Assembly (NCBI GenBank): GCA_963693365.1
Contig: CAVNZM010000002.1
Span: 11,402,328 to 11,466,327 of the forward strand
Reading direction: 5' to 3'
DNA length: 64,000 bases
DNA from: Amoebidium appalachense
Lineage: Eukaryota; Protista; Ichthyosporea
Part shown: positions 1 to 18,605 of the stretch, one piece after another
Position numbering within the stretch: position 1 is the first letter of the stretch
Layout: the number at the start of each line of letters is the position of its first letter
Made by a program: the position numbers and the translations under genes
The notes under the pieces: generated by a model
The model's database searches: none
Told to the model about the DNA's origin: nothing
Seen by the model: the letters and a program-made list of their open reading frames with translations, nothing else

Positions 1-51
<51 letters not shown>

Positions 52-200
52 CCCGCCCCGCCCCAGCGTACCGTCTTTAGCCATCTTCTTCCCCCCACCT
101 CTCCCAGTGCCCTGAGCATTCCGTCCTTTGTAACGTTTTTGTACTTGCTTTTTGTTGTCTCCTCCATATTTTCAACCCTCTAACGCATACATTACCCCCT

Positions 201-231
<31 letters not shown>

Positions 232-340
232 CCCCCAACACACACACACACACACGGGCGAGTGTTCGCGCAAGCATGCGCGCACACTTACACAGAGACA
301 CACACTGCGTCACCCATGCATCACTCCTGTTTGTCTCTAG

Positions 341-5986
<5,646 letters not shown>

Positions 5987-6523
5987 CAATGTGTATTACT
6001 TTGTTGGGCGAAATCCGATCTGGCCGGCTCCACTGGATGTCGGTACACCCTACATTTGGCGGAATCCCATCTGGCGATCTGATGCGAAATCGGATTTCTC
6101 ATCATTTGAAAAAACATCGATCAGACACCTCTCTCTTGCCCACCAGATCTTATCTGCAACTCCAAATCCCCCCCCCCCCCCCCCCTCCATCCATTGCCTT
6201 GCTCGTGTGTGTGGCTGTGTGCACGTGGGTGTGCCTGTTTAAGCAGCAGCCGGTTTCATCGTGTCTCGTCACCTTATATATCTTGTGTGCTTGTGTGTAG
6301 CGCTAGCAGTGTTTGTCAAGTAATTAATTTCCTTTTCGACATGCGATAGGAGGAGAGTACGAACTCCGTGGGCGATCCAGCGACACAGGTGCAGAAACGG
6401 GTGACTGCCGTGGAATGAAAGAGGCTCGTGCAAAATGCTCCGGGAACATCTACGTGCAGGACGCAGTTGGAACCCGGCTGGTGGTGGTGGTGGTGGTGGT
6501 GGTGTGTGTGCGCACGCGTTTGT

Positions 6524-6559
<36 letters not shown>

Positions 6560-6613
6560 TAATGATGGTCAATTAGAGTGAAAAGACAGTGCGCAACCAG
6601 CTTAACGGAACGT

Positions 6614-9383
6614 TTACTGGCCCTCCGTGGGCATGGAGCGGATGATGTCCGAGTCACCGGGGTCGGTGATGCTCAGGGTGCACACGCGGTAGTGGCGACC
6701 GCAGGCCGTGCCCAGGTCGATGTTGTTGCCGTTGTAGTGGTGCACCCCGGTCTTGCTGAGCATGGCATAGTACTCGATCTCGCTCTTGCGCAGCGGCGGG
6801 CAGTTGCTGCTGATGATCACGAGCTTGCTCTTGCCCTGTAAGAGTACGTGTGTGTGTGTGCGCGTGGGTGTGTGTGTGTGCGTGCGTGTGTGAATGTGTA
6901 CGTGTTGGTGCATGTGTATGCGTGAATGCGTCGTGAACATGTGAGTGCATGTATGCATGTGTGCAGACATGTGTTCGTGTATGCGTTTGTGTATGGTGGT
7001 GGGAAGAAAGAGGTCAGTCTACCACACATCTCAAGGAAAAAACCAATTACGTGTCGTATGTGTACAACAAACCTTGTGTGTGTTTGTGTGGCTCAGGACT
7101 TCTTAGAGGTTTTATGCGGCCATAACCGTAGTTACCGCATAAGTAATGATGTCATCATCACCACAAAAAGCAAACAAGGTGCACTTGTCAACCCCTACAT
7201 GCCATATAAGAAAAAAATAGAAAAACACAGCAAGGTACTCTTGAATAGGCTACATCAGAGAGAAAAACGTTACACCCAACCAACAGCTCAGAGTAATGGA
7301 ACAATGGAGGATACCCTGTTTTCTGGATACATACAAGCCAACAAGTAGGGGGTCACATGAGCACACAACCGGTGGACCAATACGAACAACCGTGGTGGTG
7401 CTAGAGAGGAGATAAAGGCAGGAGGGAGGTATGTGCATGCACTCATGCTCTGTGTGCGAGAAAAAGGCAAAGGATGACGACGAAGAGAAGGAGGCGGCTA
7501 TCAGCACGTGCGCACAAAATGCGGGAAATGTGTGTGCGCATGAATAACACTGGTTTGTGGTGGTGGTCGGAAACGCGTTGATAGCAGGAGAGGATGGGGG
7601 CGGGAGGCAGAGAGAACAAGAGCGTGCCCGAGAGATGGAGATAACACAGATGGAGTGGGAGAGAGGGAGACAGATGAACAGAGATAAGAGGGAGAGACGT
7701 GTTTGTGTGTGAAACATCAGGGGACAACTGCAACTCCCTCGGCCGGCACCAGCAACATAATGCCAACGCAGGCACCATATTGGTCGAGAGGCAGACTATA
7801 CCAACGATAGTACACACCATTCTGACCTAAAAAACTGAGCCCCCCCCCCCCCCCCCCCCCCCCCCCCAAAAAAAAGTAGTTGAACGAGGCACGGCGGCTA
7901 ACACAGGCCGTCGGTTCCCACGGCAATGATTCTGTACATCGCCAGCACTTCACCCAACCTTCTTGATATGGAAATGCCTAAAAAAGAAAACTTCTTTTGT
8001 ATAGACAGCCGATCATTGAGTATGGTGTAGATAGAAGTCACACAGCAAAATTAATTTGTTTTTGTTCTATCACAGTCTAAGTGATGGGGGGATGCTGCCG
8101 TCAAAGTTATTGTCGGGTACAGCAAGCAAAGACATCCCACACAAATCCGATCCAGGGCAAGGAGTAACATGCAAAAGATAAACACGAAACAAGGCATATG
8201 CGTGCACCAGCGGAAAGGGGGGAGGAAAAAAAAAAAGGGGGGGGGGGGGGGGGTTGAATGCGTCATAAAGTACGAAGTACACAAGAAAAACGGATAACAC
8301 GCTGCAGATTGCAAAACCAACATAAAGAGTATGCATCATAAGCAGAGCCCATCCTCAGGGGGGGGCCCACGGGGGGGGGGGGGGGGGGAGAGTAGAACAT
8401 TCACGAACCAAAGTACAAGGCTCACACCAAGCATGGCACACGGACTTGGAGTGGCGTGAAGGGGGTAGGAGGAGAGGAAGCGGGACATTCGGGGAAAGGG
8501 GGGGAGGGGGAGGGGGAGCAACTTGACAAATAATGCTGCACAACACATTGCGGAGTTGATCATCCCCACCCTTCCAGGCGACGTGGCAAAAGCAACTATC
8601 GAAAGTGCATACACAACCAAACCAAGCCCATGATATGGCGGGGGAAGAAACACCCAAGCCAAGCGTCTACTGCAACACAACACGTGCTGTCAAACAATCT
8701 CTGCTGCCCGCTAAGCATTACTCTACCTTTCTATCTGCAAACTATTACTGTTACTAGCTATGCCAGCAGCCTCAGACACCCCCAGTATTCCCATGTTACT
8801 ATGCCAATACCAGAAAGCCGATGTCACCACAGAACACCAAACGGCCACCCGTGCTCTGTCCCAGCTCCTCCCGAAAATACAAAACCTCGCGAACTATGGG
8901 GTCATGCAACATGCACTTGCAAAAAAAACTCTGCAAGTGTGCATCACATTGTGCCATCATGTTCCAATCAACAGTGTCTGGTGCAAGATGGGTGGGGAAA
9001 AGAAAAGAGTAAAAACTGAGCATACCTGGCGAAGAGTCTGGAGGGTGGTCTTGTAGCCAAGGGTGTACTTGCCACTCTTCATGACAAGACCCAGGCGAGC
9101 GTTCAAGCTCTCAATGCCCTTAGCCTGTGTGCACCACAACACATCAGTCCACCTGAGTCTCGAGGCAATTTCCCCTTCCTCGAAGCCCTAACTGTTTCAT
9201 TTCCACCGACAGCCCTCAAGCAAGACTAATTTCTTTTCCTCTCCTGGTCAACGTTCAGCAGAAAATCACGGGCTCTGGATCAAGACGATGGATCTGCCAA
9301 CGTTAAAACGAAATACTATGCTCAAGAGCATTAACACTCGAAGTCTACAACCCATCAGCACTTACCGCTTTCTTGGGCGCCAT
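6614..9383 (-). CDS. RPL30: 60S ribosomal protein L30 (eL30), 3 coding exons
   Basis: Exons 9383-9366 (MAPKKA), 9124-9026 ([33 protein letters not shown]) and 6835-6614 ([65 protein letters not shown]...stop). All introns are GT-AG, phase 0. Unmistakable eL30 motifs. Confidence 0.98.
7088..7164 (-). ncRNA. SNORD61: Intronic box C/D snoRNA, U61/SNORD61-like, predicted guide for 18S rRNA 2'-O-methylation
   Basis: Minus strand reads GTGG-TGATGATGA(C box)...CCTCTAAGAAGTC-CTGA(D box)-GCCAC. It has a terminal stem GTGG/CCAC and an internal hairpin TTATGCGG/CCGCATAA. The 12-nt guide is complementary to the conserved 18S sequence ACUUCUUAGAGG and is the same guide as vertebrate U61. It lies sense within an RPL30 intron. 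Confidence 0.88.
8254..8370 (-). mobile_element. Short, 5'-truncated copy of the poly(C)-ended dispersed repeat
   Basis: Close match, with several substitutions, to the 3' ~117 bp of the copies at 29242 and 58095. G-runs (C-runs in element orientation) flank both sides. Confidence 0.8.
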
Positions 9384-10082
9384 TTTTGAGCTTCAACGTT
9401 TGAGTGTCCTTCTGTGGGTAGCGAGAAAGAGAGGAACAAAAGAGCAAGATCAGAGGAGGGGAAGGTGTGGTAAACGAAGGTGTGTTTGCCAGTGCCGGGG
9501 TAAAGATGTGTTGTAGGTGTATGGTGGGCGAAGGAAAAGAGGGGTTCAAGAGAAGCGTGGCCCAAACAGGGCTGGGGGGGGGGAGGAGGAGAAGAAGTGA
9601 ATATGTGAGCATGTTTGTGTGAGTGCAAGTGCGTTTGTGTGTGTGTGTGCAAAATGTGCGTCGGTGTGTGTGCAGGAGCAGGTGTATGTGCGTGTGCACG
9701 CGCGTGTGTGTATGTGTATGCTTTTGTGTGTGTGCGGTTGGGGAGAAAGAGGAGGGAAGGGCAGACAGGTCAGCAGATGCTCCCCGAACAGACGGCGGCT
9801 GCTCGAGCTTAAGCCAACCGAACTTATTAGTCCACCGAGCCCGAGTAAAAAGTCGCACATTCACACTACTCCTTCCATAGAGCCATAACACAAGCTTCCA
9901 TCATGTTGTTTCTACTTGTTCTTTCATAGCCGGCCCTTTCTCCCCAACACTACTTCTTTAAATAGATAGACGTAAAAAAGCTGCTAACTGTAATTTTTCT
10001 ATCGCTCGCACTGTGGTTATGTATCCATGATAACACGTGCAATATCTCTACCAAAACCCGCTGTTTCCTTCTCTTTCCGTAC

Positions 10083-10113
10083 CTAAGAGGGAGACACGCA
10101 AAGAGAGAGAAGG
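10083..10113 (-). promoter_or_regulatory. Non-coding first exon of RPL30 with 5'TOP-like pyrimidine tract
   Basis: Minus strand CCTTCTCTCTCTTTGCGTGTCTCCCTCTTAG|GTACGG donor, with a matching acceptor (pyrimidine tract + CAG) at 9412-9414, 28 nt before the ATG. Confidence 0.6.
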
Positions 10114-10394
10114 CACACAAGCGCGAGCGGCCGCTTTTGACCCACATGGACTCCCGGGGACTTAAAGCGCGAATCGGATTGGTGGTACAGATCTAATATG
10201 GGCTGTTTAGCGTGATTTTAATTTTACACATGCCGCAAGCAGTTGGCAAGCTTTCAACCGTGGCACACACATACACACACAGCCTGCAATAAAGTAGCCC
10301 TGCACAGCATCTAGAGCCTTATCTCCTCTGGCAGAAACCGAAGTATCGGTCCAAGCGCCGCAACCCTCGTTTTAGACCGTGTGTACGTTGAGAC

Positions 10395-10599
10395 TTCCAA
10401 CATGTTACTGAAGCGAAACAATATTTATTTGGAGGTATAATACTGTGTGTGTAGTTGCTGCGGAATGATCTAATACCAAAAATGATAAGGAGACTGTTCC
10501 AACATGTTACCGAAGCGAAACAATATTTATTTGGAGGTATAATACTGTGTGTGTAGTTGCTGCGAAATGATCTAATACCAAAAATGATAAGGAGACTGT
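10395..10599. repeat. Tandem duplication, 2 x 102 bp
   Basis: TTCCAACATGTTAC...GATAAGGAGACTG repeated at 10395 and 10497 with 2 substitutions. Confidence 0.95.
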
Positions 10600-10802
10600 T
10601 AACACACGTTAGTAATGGCCCAAAACAGAAACCCAGCAAGCCCATCTGTCACCCCGCAAGTTTGGGGGTAACAGCTCTTGAACGGCATCTTTTGAAAAAT
10701 AAAAAAAGTGAGGATCAATGCACACGTTTGCTGTCTTTTGTAACTTGTAAGTAGCTCTTCCCTTTTTTTATGCTGCTACACGGCTGTGGAGAAGAACAGT
10801 AT

Positions 10803-10841
<39 letters not shown>

Positions 10842-11086
10842 GTGTGTGCACGCGCGTGCGTGTGGGTTGTGTGTTTGTGCATGTGTTGAAGGTGAGGGGA
10901 GGCGCGGCTGTGCGTGTAGAGCGTGAGGCGAGTCGCGTGTGTGTGTGCGACGTTGAAGGTGAGGGGAGGATGCAGCTGGTTGAGGTCAAGGACGGGTTGA
11001 ATTGTTGCTGTAGAAGAGAACGTAAATAGATTGAGAAGGCTTGGTTGGCCTCTGGCACGGTGTTGGACTTGCTCAGGCGTAGTGCA

Positions 11087-12081
11087 CGGCCGCTAACTGG
11101 TTACTGACCTACCACATACACACACGGTATAGCAGTACTAATATACTCACTGTGTACGAGCTCGCACAGGTATGCTTCCTTTTAATGAGTCCCTGATGAT
11201 TGTTTCTGGAAAGGAGGGGCAGCTCTTTCCAAAGGCCGTGTTTTGTCGCTAAAAGCTGCCTCCGTTGGACAGCGATAAAAGTTTAATGCCACTACACGAG
11301 TCGAGTAACAGTGGCTTTCTATTTTAGCTAATATTTCTTTGTCTGCCAACTATTATACACTATCGTTTTACATGCTCGACATCCAACTACTACGAGCCTT
11401 CAAGAACCCCCTCCTCTATGCTTCCCACTTGGTGCAAAAAAAAAAAAGTTGTGTTTGTAACATAGGTGTGAGAGTGCATCCTATGTGCCCACACAAGGCG
11501 TCCTATTTCCCAAAATCACTGGCCCATTTGAAGAACTCACAGCGAATAGGGCTCGTCTCACAGCCGAAAAACATCCTCCCCTTCGGCCGCTAACTGGTTA
11601 CTGACCTACCACATACACACACGGTATAGCAGTACTAATATACTCACTGTGTACGAGCTCGCACAGGTATGCTTCCTTTTAATGCGTCCCTGATGATTGT
11701 TTCTGGAAAGAAGGGGCAGCTCTTTCCAAAGGCCGTGTTTTGTCGCTAAAAGCTGCCTCCGTTGGACAGCGATAAAAGTTTAATGCCACTACACGAGTCG
11801 AGTAACAGTGGCTTTCTATTTTAGCTAATATTTCTTTGTCTGCCAACTATTATACACTATCGTTTTACATGCTCGACATCCAACTACTACGAGCCTTCAA
11901 GAACCCCCCTCCTCTATGCTTCCCACTTGGTGCAAAAAAAAAAAAGTTGTGTTTGTAACATAGGTGTGAGAGTGCATCCTATGTGCCCACACAAGGCGTC
12001 CTATTTCCCAAAATCACTGGCCCATTTGAAGAACTCACAGCGAATAGGGCTCGTCTCACAGCCGAAAAACATCCTCCCCTT
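11087..12081. repeat. Tandem duplication, 2 x ~497 bp, covering the 3' end and downstream region of the GRF gene
   Basis: The unit begins CGGCCGCTAACTGG at 11087 and 11584 and ends CATCCTCCCCTT. About 4 differences (2 substitutions, 2 homopolymer indels). Confidence 0.95.
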
Positions 12082-12483
12082 GTTGGGCCCCTCCTTCTGC
12101 ACCTTTCTGAGCGCCGCTGCCTGGCCGCACTGGCACATAACATGCAAAACCTCGCTGGAGCGCCCACAGCACAGCCACTGGAACACATCCCACCCCGAGT
12201 AGCCCATACGGCGCTGTATGTTGCCCTTGTGTTTCCACACCAGACACAGCTGCTCCTTGGCTGGGTCGGAGCCACACCGCTCGCACACCTTTGGCCTCTG
12301 GGCCTCGATGGTGCGCACTGCACGGGTCACAGCTGCGTCCAGCCACGACCCCACCACAGCGTCCTGTTGGGGGAGCCTACTACCATCCCCTCCTCCACGG
12401 CACTCCTCCCCTCCTCCCCTCCGGCACCACCACCACCCGTACCACCACCGTGCACCACCACCACAACAACAACCACACACACA

Positions 12484-12530
<47 letters not shown>

Positions 12531-12866
12531 GCACGCACGCACACACAACACACACACATGAACACACACGCACACACACACGTCACACAAACGGGCAGAA
12601 GTGCGCACACACTCTACTCCTACAACCTCTAAGCCTTGTTCACCCTGCATGCCTGTGCTCATAAAACATACCTTCTGGGCAGCAGTACACAGCAAGTCCA
12701 CCAAGGTATTTGCGGGCAGGTTGCTTGCACGCTGGCGCAAGGCGGTGGTGTCCACGGTTTTCTGCTTCTTTGCGGGTGTGCCGGCTTCCTCGGCGGGCCG
12801 CCTGTTTTCGTCAGCCACAGCGAGCGTCTTTCTCCTCTCCTTTTTTTCACTCACACCATGTAGCAT
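12001..12866 (-). CDS. Small (~185 aa) protein with C-terminal GRF-type zinc finger, 2 exons
   Basis: Exon 12866-12672 (MLHGVSEKK...PAKKQK...LLCTAAQK|GTATG) joins in phase 0 to 12363-12001 (DAVVGSW...CQCGQAAALRKVQKEGPNKGRMFFGCETSPIRCEFFKWASDFGK*). CxC..GPNKGRxFFxC..CxFFxW is the zf-GRF signature. Start codon uncertain. Confidence 0.85.
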
Positions 12867-14041
12867 ATATAAGTGCACTACAACCGTACGCACCGCAAAG
12901 CGCAAGTATGGCTTGCAGTTGTGCCGGTAGCCAAGCGGCTTGTTGGAACCGCAGTTTGTGAGCGCGAGGCAGAGTGAAGTCACTGAAGACAGGCAAGACC
13001 AGGCTCAGTCGGGTTGTTCCGGAAAGCGTTGTGATTGGTGCATTTTCCCGCCTTACACATACTGATGACAGCTGCCGCTGGCACTAAGCACGCCGGCCGA
13101 AGGAGAAGAGAGCATGTGGTGCTGCAAATAGAAAATAATGATACTTATAAATACTATTATGATAGCATAATAAGTGTTGCATTAGCTGTCCTATATGCCG
13201 AGGAACAGGCCACCTGTGAAGACCGTGGCTCGGATGACTGAGTCAGGCTGCAGAAGCTATATATGGCTAACTGAAAGCAAATCTTATTTGCTGTCATTCT
13301 GTGCTGCGGCAACTTAGGCTAAGTGTAGGCCTCTCCCATTGGGCAACGGCTGACCAAGTTTCCTGAACAGTGACTCATCGTCATCGGGTATACGTAAAGC
13401 TTCTTATAATAAACCTCAATATCTTATTCAAAATATTTTTAAGTTTTTTTTCAAAAAAAAAACGAATTTCTACTTACATTAAAATGGTGTGCCAGCCACT
13501 GTGAACTTGAATTATGAATAATGAGTGAATGCATAAGTGTCTTTCCATTGATTGCAAATCATGCTTTAATATGTATTAGCTGCGTACGTCATCACTTTAC
13601 TGATATTGTGACGTGGCAGCTGCGCCAAAGCCGGCAAAGTCTCAGTTTATGAGCAGTTTTTTCCGGTCCTCTTTGTAAACTCGGGAAGAAGGAGGTCGCG
13701 CATAAAGTTTTCGTGCATAACCTTAGACTAGTAGCTCTTTGCGAAGTTTTTTACTTGCTAGACACCCAAAGCCGACGTTACGGGTGTTCGTAAGCGTTGG
13801 ACTTGGTAGACTTCCGTGGACGGGATTAGGGTTCTGTCGTAGGTTCAAAGCTGCAGCGAGGCGTGTGTGCTCTTGTCATCAAAGACTACCAAGTTCATTA
13901 TAAACTGTTGTTTCTACCCGTCATTTTCTTTCTTGGGCGTTTTGTTTTCTATTGTTATAATTCCTAGCTGCTTTCGCAGCTGAGCCCAAATTAAAATACA
14001 CAAGACAAATCCTTCTTAGAGGTTGCAAGGGAAGGGCAGTC

Positions 14042-14845
14042 ATGTCGACTCCAGCAAGACGCCGCCTCATGCGCGACTTCAAAAGGTAAAGTGTGAATGC
14101 TTACATTCTCGCGTGTCTTTCTGTGTGCCATTAAGCTTTTTCCCAATTATGGCATCGTTTCCCACACTTCTCGTCAACGAAGGGTCGTTTTTCTATAGTT
14201 GTGTTTGTAGAGATCAGATGTCTCTTTTGGTAACCAAAACCCGCGCAGGCTGCAAGATGACCCACCCTGTGGCGTGAGCGGGGCTCCGACAGAAAACAAC
14301 ATCATGCTGTGGAATGCTGTAATATTCGGGTGAGTGAGTACTCATGAGTCTTGCGGGCACGACACTAGTCTTACCTCGCTAGCTTGGCCACACACGCAAC
14401 ATCTTCTGCTTATGTGTGGTTAGCAGTGCATGTTAGCTGCAAAGTATTTGGCTTCCCCTGTGTCTTGCACGCACATCCGGTTTTTATGGGAGGGCATCTG
14501 CCAGAAAACATGGATCTAATTTTTTGAACAGATGTTGCACTGCTTCTTTGTTGAGCACCACACGTGTAAGCAGGAAGCTTGCAGCAACGATTCACCGTCT
14601 ACTGTCTTGAACTCTTGGCACATATGTGGCACTGGTGTAGCGCTACTTTTTGTTCTCGTCTGTTTGTGGCACTATTGGTTTGTGGAGAACACCACTTTGT
14701 GCAGGCGTTCACAAGTTCATGTGAAGGTGCGTAATATAAGAACATCACGAATCTGGAACTATCATTACTGCCTCTTAGTATACTTGAGTTTTTTTTTTTT
14801 TTTGTATAGCGCTGCTCTTTCAACCAACCACCAACGATCTAAGCA

Positions 14846-14882
<37 letters not shown>

Positions 14883-16013
14883 CCCCCCCTGCCACCCCCC
14901 GCCCCCCCCCCCCTCTCCCCCCCAATTATACCTTCCCCTCCCCCCGCCCCCCCCCTCCCCCCCAAACACACCCACCCACCACCACCCACCAGTCCGTGTG
15001 CCATCTGCACACACGTACTCCTTCCTCCCCTCCCCTTCCCCTTCTCCCTTCCCCTCCCCCCTTCAACATACGTATTCAAGCGAGCAATTGCACCATGCTT
15101 TTCAGTTACGTGGAACTTGTAGGCACATTTGCTTGTACCATGCACACATTTTAAAGGTGGGCTTGGGCAAGAAGTCATGGATACGGATACCGCACACACC
15201 CCTTTCCTCTCCCTCCCCAAAGCTTGTTAGATTTCCATTCGCTCATTTGCACGTGTATATATATGTGTGGGTACTCCCCGCCCTCCCCCCTCCCCCCCCC
15301 CCCCCCTCCCCCCCTCCCCCCCCCCCCCCCCCCCCCCCCCCACCTCTTCTGAACATCCTGAACTGCCCACCTTCACACACTCGTATGCGCACTTGCACAC
15401 ATGCTTACATTCGCAGGCTTAAGGACACTGTTTTCTTTACTCAACTCCTACCCCCTGCTCCCCTATCCCCTTCTCTTTCCCTACCCCCCCCCCCCCCCCC
15501 CCCCCCCGGGGGGGTATCTCCCTTCCTCCTACGTACATGTATAGGAACCTATGTACACAGAGGATTGGGGCATATATGCTTGTACACGAAAGCACAAATA
15601 CGTGGCACAACAACAAAAATTGATGAATTCACAGTAGCACACGACAACCACCCTCCGGACGTGCACAGGTTGAAGGCTGGGCAAGCCACACACACACACC
15701 TACAGGCATACACACGCACATGTAAACACATAAGGCAATGGCCGAATACACAAACCAGTGCACGGGTGCACATTTGACTCGCTTACACGTGTATGCACCA
15801 GTTCGAGCTCATGAGCACGTGCACACACACCCCTGCTTTGATTGTCTTGTCTCAACCGTTTTTTTCTGTCTGTTCCACTTTCTTATGGAACATGTGTGTG
15901 CAGCAATCCCCCCCTCCCCCCCCCCCCCCCCCCCCACATTCCCCTTACACACACACACACACACAACACTCACATACACACTCACACTCACATACACATA
16001 CACATGCGCGCGC

Positions 16014-16083
<70 letters not shown>

Positions 16084-16361
16084 AGCAACCCGGCTACAAT
16101 TAGTAGATGCTGTGCAAACAAGTGATCCTCAGTCCTCTGCGCATATGCATGTCTGTATGGGGGCATGCACACAAATACAATCCACACTTGCAAAGTACAC
16201 ACACACACACACAATCACGCATATAAAATAGGCATCCGTGCATGGCACACACGTGCGCGCACGTTTGGGCTACCGTAGTGTACGGCCGGATATAGAGGCA
16301 CTCTTGTGGGCACACTACGCACACGTACACGCACATACAGACACAGACACGTGCGCGCACG

Positions 16362-16423
<62 letters not shown>

Positions 16424-16841
16424 CAACAGACACGCACACACAAACACATACACACACATACCCGGATCAATACTTCATATTGCCACCAGACCACCCACAC
16501 ACTCTTCTATACCTTGCATCCACATAAACACACATCAACACGCACACAGGCGTGCCTGTACTCCCTCCAATCAAGCTCACACCCACTCTAGTTTGGCCTG
16601 TCACACACAGTTATAATAGCACCCCTGTACACACCCGTACCCTTCTGGCTGCAATAAAACAGGCTTATTTCATCGGAGTCCGTGTGTGAGACCCTGACAC
16701 ACCCAGGGTGATGTGTTTGCCATAATCCCCTCACCCCCCCCTCACCCTCCTCTATACACACACACGCATATTCAGACACACACACACACACCCATGCACG
16801 CACGCGCGCACTCATACACACGCACGTGCACCTACACACGT

Positions 16842-16927
<86 letters not shown>

Positions 16928-17264
16928 AACAAACACACTTGCATGCACATACATGCATGCGCACACACATGTGATGCTACCGTCGTGCCATTACTGACAA
17001 CTCTTTTCTTGGTGGGTGCAGGCCAGAGGAGACACCGTTTGAAGACGGTACGTTTCATGTCCCCACAGCCGTAATGATGCTTGTTGGTTTGTTGCCTGAA
17101 TGGAAGGTTTACTACTGTATGAACAGAAATTAGGCTGTGTGATGCTGAGATGAGTGTTGTGTTTGCTCGGGGCTGGTGCCGGGGTGGGTTCAAGAGAGGA
17201 AATAGGAGTACCGATGGTTGGCGCCTGAAAGTGCGTGCGTGTACACGCTTGCGTGAAGCGTTTG

Positions 17265-17300
<36 letters not shown>

Positions 17301-17586
17301 TGTGTGCATGTGCGCGTGCATGTGCGCGCGCGTATGTGTGTGTGCGTGCGTGCGTGTGTGCGTGCGTGCGTGCGTGCGTGCATGCGTGCGTGCGTGCATC
17401 TGATTGGTGTCACGTCTTTCGATGAGCAATATCTTTCTGCGCAGGGAAACGCGCACATGTGAGTGGGTTTCCTTAGGGGCATGTTATGCCGAATTCGTTT
17501 TCGTGCACATTTGTGTTTTTGTGTGTTTGCGTGATGTATGTGTGTGTGTGAATGAGTGAGTGAGTTTTTTGTGTGTGTGTGTGACT

Positions 17587-17670
<84 letters not shown>

Positions 17671-18333
17671 AGTGTGTGTGTGATCCACAGTGCCAGTGTG
17701 TGTGTGTGTATGTCTGTGTGTGTGAGAGGGTGTGTGTCTGTGCGATGTGTGTGTGCGCACGCGTGTGTGAATGTGCGGGTGTGTTTATGTGTGTGTGTGT
17801 GTGTGTTGGGGGGGGGGGGGGGGGGGGGGGGAGGGGGGGGGGAGGGAGGAATGAAGGGAGGGAGGGAAGGAACAGGGCATGCACGGTGCTGACAGTGCAC
17901 GGGATGGGCAGGCACGTTCAAGCTCACACTGGAGTTCAGTGAGGACTACCCAAACAAGCCCCCCGTCGTGCGCTTTGTCAGCAAGATGTTCCATCCAAAC
18001 GGTGGGTGCAGTGTGTGTGTGTGTGTGTGTGTGGAGGGCGAGGGGAGAAGGAGGGTTATTGGTTGGGTGGTAGTGTGTATGGGGGGAGGGGGGGGGAGAG
18101 GGAGAGGGGGGTTGTATGTGTGTGTGGAAGGGAGCGGGAAAAATAGTGTGTGTGTTTGTTTTGTTTTTTTTTGGGGGGGGGGGGGGGGGGGGGGGGGTTT
18201 GGTAGCGGTAAGTTTGCTTGAATACTTTGAAATAGTGGCCACAGCCCTGGTCTTCAGGGGAGATTGGGGGGGGGGGGGGGGGGGGGGAGGAAGAGGTGGT
18301 GGTGGTTTTTTGGGGGGGGGGGAGAGAGAGGGG

Positions 18334-18367
<34 letters not shown>

Positions 18368-18567
18368 CACCATTCAGGGTCAATAGTTGAGGTTTAATGT
18401 CGTGTTCTATGGCACTGACATTTTTGTGCTGTGCACCTTCTGTGTGCAGTGTATGCGGACGGGGGCATCTGTCTGGACATTCTGCAGAACAGATGGAGTC
18501 CAACATATGACGTGGCTGCTATCCTCACATCCATTCAGGTCCGTGATCCCCGTCACCCCCTCCCCTC

Positions 18568-18605
<38 letters not shown>

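Noticed and set aside
17073-17150. Possible second C/D snoRNA (ATGATGC...CTGA) in RAD6 intron 3
   Set aside because: Imperfect C box, no terminal stem flanking the boxes, and no recognisable rRNA guide.
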